Shown here one piece after another: positions 44,967 to 55,302 of a stretch of DNA of 64,000 nucleotides. Within the stretch, counting starts at the first letter, position 1; the number at the start of each line of letters is the position of its first letter. Under the pieces are notes generated by a model. That model made no database searches and was not told the origin of the DNA. It was given only the letters and a program-made list of their open reading frames with translations. Source of the DNA: Candidatus Sericytochromatia bacterium (lineage in GTDB: Bacteria; Cyanobacteriota; Sericytochromatia; S15B-MN24; JAQBPE01); the NCBI GenBank assembly GCA_035285125.1, contig JAYKHR010000174.1, positions 31,775 to 95,774 of the forward strand, written 5' to 3'. The position numbers and the translations under genes are program-made.

Positions 44967-46525
44967 CGAACCCGGGAGGTGGGAGGAGCGACTCGGACGC
45001 GGCGGTGGCCACGGCGCTGGGGGCGACGCTCGCACCGCTGCTGATGCTGGTATGCGGGGGCCATTTCACGGCCTCGGACGATGCCCAGAAGTACCTCGCG
45101 CTGAAGGCCATGCTTCAGGGTGGCACGGTGTTCTTTCCCGAAGGCTGGGTCAGCGGCCTGGGGGGCGGCTGTTCGTTCTATCCGCTCGGGGGCAGCCTCG
45201 TCATGTTGCCAGGTGCCCTGCTGGGGTGGCTGCTGGAGCCACTTGTGCCTGTGAGGGGGCCGGACATTGCCGCCCGGTTTTTCATCTCATTTCAGAATGC
45301 GTGGATCACGGCCGCGCTGGTCGCGGTGCTGTTTTTGTTTGGCCGGCTGGTCGGATGCGCGCGTGGTCCGAGCCTGGTTGCGGCGTTGGGGCTGGGCTTC
45401 GGAACGATGGTGTTGCCCTATGCGCGGACCTGCTGGTCAGAGCCCGCCACGGCGCTGGCCGTGATCCTCGCGATGGTGCTGCTCTTGCAGGCCTCGTCGT
45501 CACCCCGAACCTCCCGCGCCGCCTGGGCAGGGGTGGGCGTGGCGTTTGCGCTGGCGGCGCTGATCCGGCTGGAGGTGTTGATCCTGGCGCCTGGCGCGAT
45601 GGCGTGGCTGGTCTGGCGGCACCGGGGAGAGCCGGCCCTGGTTGGCCGGGCCCTGACGTGGATGGCCCCTCCCGTCGCCTTGGCGCTGGGCCTCGCCTTG
45701 GCCTACAACGCCGCCCGGTTCGGCTCGCCCTGGCATTTCTCGAACTGGCACACGGTGCAGGATGCGATCCAGATGCCATACGGTGGCAGGCCCGCCTGGG
45801 CCCTGGCCAACCTGTGGCATTACACCTTCAACCCGGGGGACGGTCCGTGCTGGTACTCCCCCGCCCTGTGGCTGGGGATCGCCGGGTGGCCCGCGCTGTG
45901 GCGCGCTCGCCCTGATGTGGGCCGGCTGGTGGCCTGGACGGCAGGGCCGCTTTTCATATTCTACGTGGCGGCCTGGGGCCTCTCGGACTGGGCCTGGGGC
46001 TTGCGTTACGCCTATGTCTTCCACCCCCTCGTGATGCTTGGGGCCTGTGCGCTCGTGTGGCGGCCGGGCTGGCAGCGACTGGCGCTTGGTGGCGTGCTCG
46101 CTGCAGGGGTGGTGGTGCAGGTTGTTGCCCTGCCGCACAACTTCGGCTACCTGTTCGAGCGGGAGCGAGCGGCCCACCCGGGGCTGACCATCCAGGCCCT
46201 GATGGCCGACCCGCGACATGCCCCGCTCTGGCTGGCCGTCAGGGACTGGCCCGGGACCGTCCTGGGTGGCTTCGAGCTGGTGGCGGCGCCACGGCCACTG
46301 GAGACGCCCGAGGTGCATCTGATGCGCTTGCGCTCGCAATTCGTGCCTGACTTCTGGCCCTTTCTCGCGCTGCTCACGTCCGTGTCCCGCCTGCACATCG
46401 TGCTTGCCCTGGTTTTTCTGGCCAGTTTCGGCCTGCTCGGGCTGCTCCGCTTGCGCCACACCCTGCGAGGGGCGATGCTTGAGGGGGCTGGGGCACAGGC
46501 GTCGGCAGGGAGAGACGCAGCGTGA
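44963..46525 (+). CDS. Multi-TM GT-C-fold (PMT/ArnT-like) glycosyltransferase
   Basis: Many TM helices; acidic first-loop motif SDDAQKY; PYARTCWSEP; WGLRYAYVF; ATGA overlap with the kinase stop. Confidence 0.7.
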   Translation: MTNPGGGRSDSDAAVATALGATLAPLLMLVCGGHFTASDDAQKYLALKAMLQGGTVFFPEGWVSGLGGGCSFYPLGGSLVMLPGALLGWLLEPLVPVRGPDIAARFFISFQNAWITAALVAVLFLFGRLVGCARGPSLVAALGLGFGTMVLPYARTCWSEPATALAVILAMVLLLQASSSPRTSRAAWAGVGVAFALAALIRLEVLILAPGAMAWLVWRHRGEPALVGRALTWMAPPVALALGLALAYNAARFGSPWHFSNWHTVQDAIQMPYGGRPAWALANLWHYTFNPGDGPCWYSPALWLGIAGWPALWRARPDVGRLVAWTAGPLFIFYVAAWGLSDWAWGLRYAYVFHPLVMLGACALVWRPGWQRLALGGVLAAGVVVQVVALPHNFGYLFERERAAHPGLTIQALMADPRHAPLWLAVRDWPGTVLGGFELVAAPRPLETPEVHLMRLRSQFVPDFWPFLALLTSVSRLHIVLALVFLASFGLLGLLRLRHTLRGAMLEGAGAQASAGRDAA

Positions 46526-48021
46526 GCAAGCGCATCGCCATCTTCGTCATCGCCTACGACGCCGTTAACACCCTCGCGCGGACGATTGACAGGGTCCCGG
46601 CCGAGGTCCTCGAGCGCGTCGAGGAGATCTTCGTGATCGACGACTGCAGCAAGGACAACACCTACTACGCTGCGCTCGGTTACAAGCAGGCCCGCAGCCT
46701 CGAGAAGCTGCAGGTCTTTCGCAACCCCGTGAACCTGCGGTACGGCGGCAACCAGAAGGCCGGCTACCGCTACGCCATCTCGCGTGGGTTCGACATCGTC
46801 GTGATGCTGCACGCCGATGGGCAGTACGCGCCGGAGGTCCTGGCCTCGCTGCTCGAGCCGTTGGAGCGCGACGAGGCGGACATGGTGTTCGGCAGCCGCA
46901 TGGCTGCGGGAGGCGATCCGTTGCGCGGAGGCATGCCGCTCTACAAGTTCGTCGGCAACAAGGTGCTCACCTGGATCGAGAACGGCGTGGCAGGGATGCA
47001 CCTGTCCGAGTTTCACTCTGGCTACAGGCTCTATTCCTGTGCCGCCCTCGCCCGTCTTCCTTTCGAAGCGAATTCCGACGAGTGGCACTTCGACACCCAG
47101 ATCTTGCTCCAGTTCAAGGAAGCGGGCCTGCGCATCGCGGAACGCCCCATCCCGACGTACTACGGCGACGAGATCTGCCACGTCAACGGGATCGCCTATG
47201 CCCTCAACTGCATCCGGTCGGTGCTGGCTTACCGCCTGCACCGGTGGAACTGGCTCTCGCTGCCTGAATATGAGGTCCTGCCTGGGCGCCTCTATCGCCT
47301 GAAGCCCGATCCCCACAGCAGCCACATGGTGATGCTGGAGGTGCTCCGCACCGAGGGCAGCCGGGACGTGCTGGAGGTCGGCACGGCGGACGGCTTCCTG
47401 ACGGAGCAGGTCAAAGCGCAGGGCGCTCGCGTCACGGGCATCGAGGTGTCCCCTGAGCTTGCGCAGGCGGCGGCTGTGCACTGCGAGCGGATGTTGCTGG
47501 GGGATGTGGAGTCCCTCGACCTCACGGGCCTGGGGCCATTTGACGCCGTGGTCTGCGGGGACGTCCTGGAGCACCTGCGTCGCCCGGACCTCGCCCTGCA
47601 ACGGCTTGTCGAGCGAGCTCGGCCAGGTGGGCTCGTGCTGGTGTGCGTGCCGAACATCGCGATGTGGGTCTGGCGTTTGAAGCTCCTCTTCGGGCAGTTC
47701 GACTACGCGCCCCGCGGCCCGATGGACACCACCCACCTGAGATTCTTCACGCTCAAGACCGCCCTCCGGCTCGTCAAGCAGGCGGGCCTGGAGGTTGAAA
47801 GCGTCACGCCGACGCCATTGCCTCTGCCCACCCTCTCGCCCAGCTTCGGGCCAGGGCGACGGCTGGCCTGGCTGCACACGCTGAACGCGATGGTGACGCG
47901 GCTCTGGCCGACCTTGCTGGGCTACCAGCTCGCGATCACTGCCCGCAAGCCACGTGAGCCGGCTGTGAGGCCCTTGCCGCCATCCGCCGTGGCTGACGGC
48001 CGGGCTGAAGCGACTTGCTGA
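46522..48021 (+). CDS. GT2 (DPM1-like) glycosyltransferase fused to a class I SAM methyltransferase
   Basis: VIDDCSKD, YGGNQKAG, LHADGQY, SEFHSGYRLYS; then VLEVGTADG, GDVLEHL, THLRFFT. Confidence 0.9.
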   Translation: MSKRIAIFVIAYDAVNTLARTIDRVPAEVLERVEEIFVIDDCSKDNTYYAALGYKQARSLEKLQVFRNPVNLRYGGNQKAGYRYAISRGFDIVVMLHADGQYAPEVLASLLEPLERDEADMVFGSRMAAGGDPLRGGMPLYKFVGNKVLTWIENGVAGMHLSEFHSGYRLYSCAALARLPFEANSDEWHFDTQILLQFKEAGLRIAERPIPTYYGDEICHVNGIAYALNCIRSVLAYRLHRWNWLSLPEYEVLPGRLYRLKPDPHSSHMVMLEVLRTEGSRDVLEVGTADGFLTEQVKAQGARVTGIEVSPELAQAAAVHCERMLLGDVESLDLTGLGPFDAVVCGDVLEHLRRPDLALQRLVERARPGGLVLVCVPNIAMWVWRLKLLFGQFDYAPRGPMDTTHLRFFTLKTALRLVKQAGLEVESVTPTPLPLPTLSPSFGPGRRLAWLHTLNAMVTRLWPTLLGYQLAITARKPREPAVRPLPPSAVADGRAEATC

Positions 48022-48028
48022 GCCAGGG

Positions 48029-48988
48029 TCAAGGCCCGTCGTGCGGCGGGCGCTCGAGTTCCAGGCGGCGCACCCTGTAGAGGATTTCCTCGCTGATGCG
48101 GCGGTGGCCGGCGATCAGGTCGGCCACCAGCCCGATCAGCACGACCTGAAACCCCACGATGCAGCAGATGGCGGAGATGATCAGGGACTGGAAGTGGCCG
48201 GCTCCCCCGTTGGTGACGTAAAAGTAGAGAAATCGGAACGCCAGTAACACGCCAGCGGAGGCGATCAGCGAGCCCGCCAGCGCGAACACCCGCAGCGGCT
48301 GGTACATCGCGTAGATCCGCAAGATGGTCCCGCTGGACCGCAGCACGTACTCGCCCACGCTGCCGAAGAGCCTCGAGGGACGCATGCTCGGGTTGGTCTC
48401 AACCGGGACATGCCCCACGGCCAGGCCGCGGTTGCCCGCTTGGATCACCGTCTCCAGGGTGTAGGTGAAGTCGGAGAAGACCATCAGACGCATGGCCGCC
48501 TCCCGAGTGAGCGCTCGGAAGCCGCTCGCCACGTCGGGCAGCTGGGTGCCTGAGGCCCGGCGGACCACCCAGCTCCCGACCCTCAGCAGCGCCAGCTTGA
48601 CGGCCGAGAACTCCGAGACGCTGGCGCCTTGTCGCTCACCCACCACCATGTCAGCCTGACCAGCCACCAGCGGAGCCACCAGCCTGCCAACCTCGTCTCC
48701 GCGGTACTGGTTGTCGGCATCCGTGTTCACGATGAGGTCCGCGCCCCGTCGCAGACCGGCCTCGATGCCCGCCATGAAGGCCCTTGCCAGCCCCCTGTGC
48801 TGCCCAAGCCGCACGACCTCGGCCACCCCACAGGCCCAGGCCACTTCGGCCGTCGCGTCGGTGGAGCCGTCGTCCACCACGATGACCTCGATGAGGTCGA
48901 TGCCCGGCAGAGACCTCGGGAGGTCCCTCAGCGTCACGGGCAGGGCGTCAGCTTCGTTGAAACAGGGGATCTGGATGACCAGCTTCAT
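48029..48988 (-). CDS. GT2 (DPM1-like) glycosyltransferase with two C-terminal TM helices
   Basis: MKLVIQIPCFNE, VDDGSTD, NTDADNQY, SGFRA, FTYTLET, RPSRLF. Confidence 0.92.
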   Translation of the reverse strand: MKLVIQIPCFNEADALPVTLRDLPRSLPGIDLIEVIVVDDGSTDATAEVAWACGVAEVVRLGQHRGLARAFMAGIEAGLRRGADLIVNTDADNQYRGDEVGRLVAPLVAGQADMVVGERQGASVSEFSAVKLALLRVGSWVVRRASGTQLPDVASGFRALTREAAMRLMVFSDFTYTLETVIQAGNRGLAVGHVPVETNPSMRPSRLFGSVGEYVLRSSGTILRIYAMYQPLRVFALAGSLIASAGVLLAFRFLYFYVTNGGAGHFQSLIISAICCIVGFQVVLIGLVADLIAGHRRISEEILYRVRRLELERPPHDGP

Positions 48989-49027
48989 GGCGCTCCGGTC
49001 GGGCCCGCAGGCCATCGTTCACGACGG

Positions 49028-50563
49028 TTATACCCCGCACGGCGGGCCCGTCGCCGGGCCTCCCTGCGCGTTGGCAGCCTCCCGCGCAGCCCGGGCGAGG
49101 GCAAAGGCGAAGGCGAGGGCAGCGAGCGCCAGGGCCGCGGCCAGGCCGTTGAGGAGGGAAGGGGCGATGGGCGCCCGCCGATACAGGCACCACCAGAAGT
49201 CCGGCACCATGTCCGCGCGGGCTTGCCTGAGGGCTTGGGTGATGGGTTCATCCGCGCGCGGCGGGCGCCAGCTGGATCGGGTGCCGGCGAGCAACTCCGG
49301 CAGCGCCTTGTACGCCAACACCAGGGGGCCTCGGGCAGGGTCCGTGGTGATCACCTGGATGCGCGCCCCCGGGGTGGCGGCGAGCTCGCGCTGGAAGAGG
49401 TAGACGAAGTCGTAGGGCAGCGCGAGGAGCTGAACGGCAAGGCCAGCGGCAAGCGTTACACGCATCCACCACCTGAGCGGTCGTTCGAAGACCTCGGCAG
49501 CGGGCAGCATCAGGAAGGGCAGGAACACGTAGGCGTAGCGCATGCCCCACGACCACGAGGATGGCCCCCAGCCGAACACGTAAAAGCCCAGCAGCGGCAG
49601 CAGGCTGGCTGCGAGCAGCCCCGCCAGGGCAGGGGCCCGCCCGCACCAACGCCGCAGCCCTGCCAGGCCAAGCAAGGCAGCCGGGGAGAACACCAGCAGC
49701 CCCTGGTTGGGACTTACCAGGAACCTGTAGGCCTTTTCCGGCGGCCCGAACGCCGCCGCGCCGCTGACCGGCAACCGGTAGTTCGGCAGGGCCAGCCAGG
49801 TGCCGTAGCGGGCGTACTCATATGCCATGTGCAGCGCGAACGAGGCCAGGATCGGCGTCGCAAAGGCTAGCAGGGCCTGCCCGCTCAGGGGACGACGGCT
49901 GTCGCGCACCACCCAGAGCCAGGCCGTGGCCCCGGCCAGCACGAGGGCGAGTTCCTGGCGAATCAGGATGGCCAGCCCCAGTATCGCGCCTCCTGCTGCC
50001 AGGCCCCGGAGGGCCTCTCTGTCCGGGCGTTCCGGCCGGCTGGCCCACCACAGGCAGATGAGGCCCAGGAACAAGGCCAGCGTGGCGGGGGGCTCCGACC
50101 AAGCGCTCTTGGCGTAGGGCCAGGCCATCGTCGCGAAGCCGAGCGCCAGAGCGGCGCCAAGGGCTGCCCGCGGCCTGTGACCCAGGAGCCGTGCCACGAG
50201 AAAGACGCCGACCAGCAAGGCGGCCGTGGTGGCCGCGTTCTGGAAGGAGATTACCAGCCGCTCGACGTCGTGGGCTGGCAGCCAGGGCAACGCTGCCGCA
50301 AGCATCCGCCCGACCACGTAGCCAGGCAGCATGATCAGCGAGGCGCCGAGGGGGAACCAGGCGTAGCGCATCCCGTGGCGCCCCTGCACCCACCCCCCGT
50401 CGATGGCGGCGATGCCATCCTCAAGCATCGCCGTCACGACCAGAAACTTCTGATGGGCGTCGCTGGAATAGAAATGCCCGCCAGCGCTGAGGACGTAAAT
50501 ACATATGGCCAGGCCGAACAAAAGCCAGGCGAGGCGGGCGTCACGAGACGTCAGGTTGGACAC
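49028..50563 (-). CDS. Multi-TM GT-C-fold glycosyltransferase, paralogue of 44963-46525
   Basis: GGHFYSSDAHQKF, ISFQNA, PYAKSAWSEP, WGMRYAYVF and VPDFW, all shared with the 44963 protein. Confidence 0.7.
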   Translation of the reverse strand: MSNLTSRDARLAWLLFGLAICIYVLSAGGHFYSSDAHQKFLVVTAMLEDGIAAIDGGWVQGRHGMRYAWFPLGASLIMLPGYVVGRMLAAALPWLPAHDVERLVISFQNAATTAALLVGVFLVARLLGHRPRAALGAALALGFATMAWPYAKSAWSEPPATLALFLGLICLWWASRPERPDREALRGLAAGGAILGLAILIRQELALVLAGATAWLWVVRDSRRPLSGQALLAFATPILASFALHMAYEYARYGTWLALPNYRLPVSGAAAFGPPEKAYRFLVSPNQGLLVFSPAALLGLAGLRRWCGRAPALAGLLAASLLPLLGFYVFGWGPSSWSWGMRYAYVFLPFLMLPAAEVFERPLRWWMRVTLAAGLAVQLLALPYDFVYLFQRELAATPGARIQVITTDPARGPLVLAYKALPELLAGTRSSWRPPRADEPITQALRQARADMVPDFWWCLYRRAPIAPSLLNGLAAALALAALAFAFALARAAREAANAQGGPATGPPCGV

Positions 50564-50644
50564 GAAGACCCTCGGGCCACATGGGCGACGAAGGGTTCAT
50601 GGTCGCACGCACGGCCTGACGGTGCAACCGGCCAGGGCCCCGCT

Positions 50645-51670
50645 TCAGCGAGCGGAGGCCGACCTGTTCGCCTCGTTTCGCTGCTTGAGCCAATGCTCGG
50701 CCTGCCGGCGGGCGGCCTCGCGTTGGTTGTTCGAGAGGTTCGAGGTGGTCTTCTCCCAGAGGATACGCGCCTCGGGGCGCCCCGCCCGAAGCGCGACGTG
50801 GTACCAGGCCGCCGCGGCGACCGGGTCCCGCCTCACGCCCCGCCCCTGGGCGAACATGTCACCCAGGTGGACCAGGGCTTCGGTGCCCCCCTCCTGCGCG
50901 GAGCGCTCCAGCAGCCGCAGGGCCTCGCTGTCGTCTCGCGTGACGCCCTCGCCGTTGGCGTACAGCACGGCGAGGTTGAACAGGGCCTGGGCGTCACCCC
51001 GGTTGCCAGCCTTGCGGAACCAGGATGCGGCCTTCGCGGGGTCACGGGTGACGCCCGCACCCTTGTAATACATCACGCCCAGGCACACCTCGCCGCCGCT
51101 GTGCTCCTGCTCGGCCGCCCGCTCAAACCAGGTCACGGCCATTCGGTCGTCTTCCTTGACACCCTCGCCCGCGTCGAGCATCAACCCGAGGGCGACCTGG
51201 GCGTCCGCGTGGTTCAGATCCGCGGCCCGCTCGTACCACGCCGCTGCCTTGGCGTTGTGCTCCGCGGTGCCGATGCCGGCGTCATACATGTGGCCAACGC
51301 TGTACATCGCCTGAGGCAGCCCACGCTCAGCGGCCCTCAGGTACCACTTCAGGGCCGCGGCTTTGTCGGCCTTCACCCCGATGCCATGGTCGTGGAGGTA
51401 CCCCATCCTGAACTGTGCCTGCAACTCGCCTTTGTCTGCCGCTAGCTTGTACCAATGTGCCGCCGCGACCTCGTCGCGGGGCATGCCCATCCCGTACTCG
51501 TTCATGACGCCGAGGTGCACGATGGCCTCGACGTTTCCTGCGGCTGCAGCCTTCCGAAACCCCTCCACGGTCGCTGCAAGGGTCTCTTCGCGCGCGGCGA
51601 GGGCCGGGGAAGACAGCGCAGCCACCATCAGGGCGGCGGCGAGGACACGAGCGGTTCGGGTGTGGGACAT
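50645..51670 (-). CDS. Secreted Sel1-like repeat protein
   Basis: Signal peptide; about seven repeats of A(Q/M)xxLGxMYxxGxGVxxDxxxAxxW(Y/F)xxAA; GGAGG RBS. Confidence 0.9.
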   Translation of the reverse strand: MSHTRTARVLAAALMVAALSSPALAAREETLAATVEGFRKAAAAGNVEAIVHLGVMNEYGMGMPRDEVAAAHWYKLAADKGELQAQFRMGYLHDHGIGVKADKAAALKWYLRAAERGLPQAMYSVGHMYDAGIGTAEHNAKAAAWYERAADLNHADAQVALGLMLDAGEGVKEDDRMAVTWFERAAEQEHSGGEVCLGVMYYKGAGVTRDPAKAASWFRKAGNRGDAQALFNLAVLYANGEGVTRDDSEALRLLERSAQEGGTEALVHLGDMFAQGRGVRRDPVAAAAWYHVALRAGRPEARILWEKTTSNLSNNQREAARRQAEHWLKQRNEANRSASAR

Positions 51671-51771
51671 GGGGCCTCCTGGCATCGACCTGGGCCACGC
51701 GAGCCCGGCTGCTCCATGCTAGGTTGGCCAGGGTGGAGGGTCTGTGACACGCGTGACGCGGCCCCGCCAAC

Positions 51772-51803
51772 AAAACGGCCCGCTCCCTGTGCGGGAGCGG
51801 GCC
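51772..51803 (-). terminator. Intrinsic terminator downstream of aconitase
   Basis: 11-bp stem GGCCCGCTCCC/GGGAGCGGGCC followed by GTTTTGTT on the minus strand. Confidence 0.8.
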
Positions 51804-51825
51804 ATCAGGGAGTCGGTGCCTGCCG

Positions 51826-54114
51826 TCAGGCCACGCCAGCTCCCGCCTTCTGCCGCAGCAGGTTGAGGGCGCCACCGGCTTGGAACCAGCCGATCTGCTC
51901 CGCGTTCATGGTGTGCTTGAGCGACAGCGTCTCGCGGGAGCCGTCCGCGTGATGCAGGCTCGCCTCGACGGGCTTGCCGGGTTCGACCGCCTGGACGTCA
52001 GCCACGGACAGGGTGTCACCCTCCCGCACCTTCTCGTAGTCAGCCGGGTCGCTGAACGTCAGCGGCAGGATGCCCTGCTTCTTGAGGTTCGTCTCGTGGA
52101 TTCGCGCGAACGACCGCACGATGACGATGGCGCCCCCGAGGAAGCGCGGGCTCATGGCCGCGTGCTCCCGGCTGGAGCCCTCCCCGTAGTTCTCGTCGCC
52201 GACGATGACCCACCGACGGCCTGCCGCCTTGTAGGCCCGCGCCACCTGCGGGACGTCGAGATCGCCCTCGCCCGTGAGCTGGTTGTTGGTGGTGCCCCGG
52301 CCGCCCGACCAGGCGTTGATGGCGCCCGTCAGCATGTTGTCGGAGATGCGGTCGAGGTGGCCGCGGTACTTCAGCCAAGGTCCCGCGGGCGAGATGTGGT
52401 CCGTCGTGGTCTTGCCCTTCGTCTTGATGAGGACGGGCATCTCCGTGAACTCGGTGGGGGCCAGGGCGCTGAAAGGGGCCAGGACCTGCAGGCGCTCGGA
52501 GCCGTCCGCCACGGCCACGTTCACCTTGCTCGGGTCGGCGGCAGGGGCCTCGTAGCCGAAGCGACGGCCGGCGTACCCCGCCGCAGGAACCTCCGGCGCG
52601 GCGCCGGGGGCTGCGAGCTTGAACGGCTGACCGTCGGCCGCCTTCAGTTCGTCCGTCAGCGGGTTGAACGCGAGCGAGCCACCCAACCCCAGGGCGATGG
52701 TGATCTCCGGGCTTGCCACGAAGGCGAAGGTCTCCGGGTTCGAGTCGTTCCGCCCCGGGAAGTTGCGGTTGAAGGAGGTGACGATGGCGTTCTTCTGCCC
52801 CTTGGGCACGTCGTCCCGCTTCCACTGGCCGATGCACGGCCCGCACGCATTGGCCATCACGACCGCACCGATCGCCTCGAGGGGCTCGGTCAGGCCGTCC
52901 CGCCGAGCGGTCTCGAAGACCGCGGCAGAGCCCGGAGAGATCGAGAGCTTCGCGGCGCTCGCCAGGCCGTGCTCAGCGGCCTGACGCGCCACCTGGGCCG
53001 CCCGGTGCACGTCCTCGTAGCTGGAGTTCGTGCAGGAGCCGATGAGAGCAGCCGTGACGTCGAGGGGCCAGCCGTGCGTGCGGGCATCCTCCGCCAGCTT
53101 GGAGATGGGGCGGGCGTAGTCGGGGCTGTGCGGGCCGACGATGTGGGGCTCCAGCGTCGAGAGGTCCAGCTCGAGCAGCTGGTGATAGAACTTCTCGGGG
53201 GCTGCGAGCACCTCCGCGTCGGGCACGAGCAGATCCCGGTGCTGCTCGATGACGGGCACGAGGGCGGCCCGGTCGGTCGCTTCGAGGTAGACCTTCATGC
53301 GCTCGTCATAGGGGAAAACCGAGGTCGTCGCCCCGATCTCCGCGCCCATGTTGCAAATGGTGGCCTTGCCCGTGCAGGACATGGCCTCGGCACCCGGCCC
53401 GAAGTATTCAACGATGGCGTTGGTGCCACCCTTCACCGTGAGCTGCCCCGCGACCCAAAGGATCACGTCCTTGGGCGAGGCCCAACCGCTCAGCTTGCCC
53501 GTGAGCTTCACGCCGATCAGCTTGGGCTGCAGCAGTTCCCAGGCGAAGCCTGCCATCACGTCGACGGTGTCTGCGCCACCCACGCCGATGGCCAGCATGC
53601 CCAGGCCTCCGGCGTTCGGCGTGTGCGAGTCGGAGCCGATCATGAGCGTGCCGGGGGCGGCATAGTTTTCGAGCACGACCTGGTGGATGATGCCCGAGCC
53701 AGGGCCCCAGAAGCCCATCCCGTACTTCGAGGTGGCCGACCGCAGGAAGTCGTAAACCTCCCGGTTGGTGACGGAAGCGGCCTCCGTGTCCTTGCCCGCG
53801 CCCTGATGCGCCTGGATGAGGTGGTCGGCGTGCACGGTGGAGGGCACAGCCGTCTGGAACACCCCCGCCTGCATGAACTGGAGGATGGCCATCTGGGCCG
53901 TCGCATCCTGCATGATGACCCTGTCGGGCCGGAGCATCAGGTAGGCCTGGCCAGCATCGAGGGGCTGGGTCTGTGGCTGGTCGAGGTGCCCGAACAGGAT
54001 CTTCTCTGCCAGGGTCAGGGGACGGCTGACACGCTGGCGGACGACGGCGAGGTTCTTCGCCATCTTTTCGTAAACGGCGCTCAGCGCCTCCGGGGTGGTT
54101 TCGATGGTCGGCAT
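51826..54114 (-). CDS. acnA: Aconitate hydratase (mitochondrial-type)
   Basis: QDATAQMA, DHLI, GIIHQ, DSHTPN, IGSCTNSS, ACGPCIG, NRNF, TTDHISPAG, NYGEGSSREHAA; GGAG RBS before ATG 54114. Confidence 0.95.
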   Translation of the reverse strand: MPTIETTPEALSAVYEKMAKNLAVVRQRVSRPLTLAEKILFGHLDQPQTQPLDAGQAYLMLRPDRVIMQDATAQMAILQFMQAGVFQTAVPSTVHADHLIQAHQGAGKDTEAASVTNREVYDFLRSATSKYGMGFWGPGSGIIHQVVLENYAAPGTLMIGSDSHTPNAGGLGMLAIGVGGADTVDVMAGFAWELLQPKLIGVKLTGKLSGWASPKDVILWVAGQLTVKGGTNAIVEYFGPGAEAMSCTGKATICNMGAEIGATTSVFPYDERMKVYLEATDRAALVPVIEQHRDLLVPDAEVLAAPEKFYHQLLELDLSTLEPHIVGPHSPDYARPISKLAEDARTHGWPLDVTAALIGSCTNSSYEDVHRAAQVARQAAEHGLASAAKLSISPGSAAVFETARRDGLTEPLEAIGAVVMANACGPCIGQWKRDDVPKGQKNAIVTSFNRNFPGRNDSNPETFAFVASPEITIALGLGGSLAFNPLTDELKAADGQPFKLAAPGAAPEVPAAGYAGRRFGYEAPAADPSKVNVAVADGSERLQVLAPFSALAPTEFTEMPVLIKTKGKTTTDHISPAGPWLKYRGHLDRISDNMLTGAINAWSGGRGTTNNQLTGEGDLDVPQVARAYKAAGRRWVIVGDENYGEGSSREHAAMSPRFLGGAIVIVRSFARIHETNLKKQGILPLTFSDPADYEKVREGDTLSVADVQAVEPGKPVEASLHHADGSRETLSLKHTMNAEQIGWFQAGGALNLLRQKAGAGVA

Positions 54115-54188
54115 GGCTCTCCTCCAGGGGACACGGGGGCCAGGCTTGGCGCCCGGCCGCCATGTTACCAGAAGGGGGGCCAATGCGA

Positions 54189-54216
54189 ACGGCCGCCGGC
54201 GATCGCCGGCGGCCGT
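54189..54216. repeat. Perfect 28-bp palindrome between E1-beta and aconitase
   Basis: ACGGCCGCCGGCGATCGCCGGCGGCCGT. Confidence 0.75.
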
Positions 54217-54237
54217 CGAGGCAACCCCCGAGAGCGG

Positions 54238-55296
54238 TCAGCGCTCCCTGGCCAGGGCCACCAGCTTGGCGCGGATCTCAGCCGGCTGCGGCACGCTGGC
54301 GTCCTCCAGTGGGGGCGCGAGGCCGATGCCCGGCACGTCCGCGCCGGCGAGCAGCGCCGGGGGCGCCTCCAGGTGGTAGAAGCAGCGGTCGAGCAGCTTG
54401 CGGATGAGATGCTCGCCGTAGTTGGTGACCTCGGTGTCCTCGTTCACGACCAGCAGGCGACCGGTCTTCCGCAACGAGGCCTCCAGCGTGTCCATGTCGA
54501 TAGGGTACAGCGTGCGCAAGTCGATGACCTCCGCGGAGATGCCCTCGGTCGCGGCCACCTCGTCGGCGATCTGCGCACACAGAGGCAGCATCCGGCTGTA
54601 CGAGATCACCGTGACGTCAGTGCCGGGCCGGACGACCTTGGCCTTGCCGAGCTCGACCGTGTAGTCGGTGAGGCCCTCCGGCCACCTGGGCTCCCAGCCC
54701 GTGCGGTCGCCCACCGGGGCATTGATCAGGGCATCGAGCTCGCGACGGTCTTCCGGCTCACCCGGGATCAACTCCTCGCCAACGGCGCGCATCAGCGCCT
54801 TCGACTTGAGGTACATCACCGGGTTGGGGTCCTTGATAGCCGCGATCATCAGCCCGTAGGCATCCTTCGCGTTTGAAGGCGCGACGATCTTCCAGCCTGG
54901 GATGTGGCTGGCCACGCTCTCGAACGAGTGCGAGTGGTAAATCGAGCCGCGAATGCCGGCGCCGACGGGGGTCATGACGACGAGCGGCAGGTGGTACTGC
55001 CCATAGCTGGACCAGTGCAGGTTGCCGGCCAGCTTCAGCAGGTCGATGGTGTTGAAGATGTAGTCGGCGAACTGTATCTCGGCGACTGGCTTTCCGCCGG
55101 CCATGGCAATACCCATCGCCGCGCCGATGATGCCGCGCTCGTCGAGCGGCGAATTCCACGACGTCTTGAGGCCCTGCGTCGCGGTGAAGACACCGCCCAA
55201 CGGCGGGCCCACATCCTCGCCGAAGACGTCGGTGACGCCGAGGTGGGTCTCGCCGTAGTGAAGCGCCATCCGGATGGCTTGTGCGATGGTGGCCAT
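54238..55296 (-). CDS. 2-oxoacid dehydrogenase E1 beta subunit (branched-chain/pyruvate family)
   Basis: FGEDVG..GGVF, PLDERGIIG, AEIQFADY, HSHSFE, IDLRTLYP, KTGRLLVVNE. Confidence 0.92.
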   Translation of the reverse strand: MATIAQAIRMALHYGETHLGVTDVFGEDVGPPLGGVFTATQGLKTSWNSPLDERGIIGAAMGIAMAGGKPVAEIQFADYIFNTIDLLKLAGNLHWSSYGQYHLPLVVMTPVGAGIRGSIYHSHSFESVASHIPGWKIVAPSNAKDAYGLMIAAIKDPNPVMYLKSKALMRAVGEELIPGEPEDRRELDALINAPVGDRTGWEPRWPEGLTDYTVELGKAKVVRPGTDVTVISYSRMLPLCAQIADEVAATEGISAEVIDLRTLYPIDMDTLEASLRKTGRLLVVNEDTEVTNYGEHLIRKLLDRCFYHLEAPPALLAGADVPGIGLAPPLEDASVPQPAEIRAKLVALARER

Positions 55297-55302
55297 GGGG
55301 GG

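Noticed and set aside
51880..54876. 998-aa plus-strand ORF, and similarly 54904-56409 and 59122-61041
   Set aside because: Antisense shadows of aconitase, E1 and murA, which carry the real conserved motifs.
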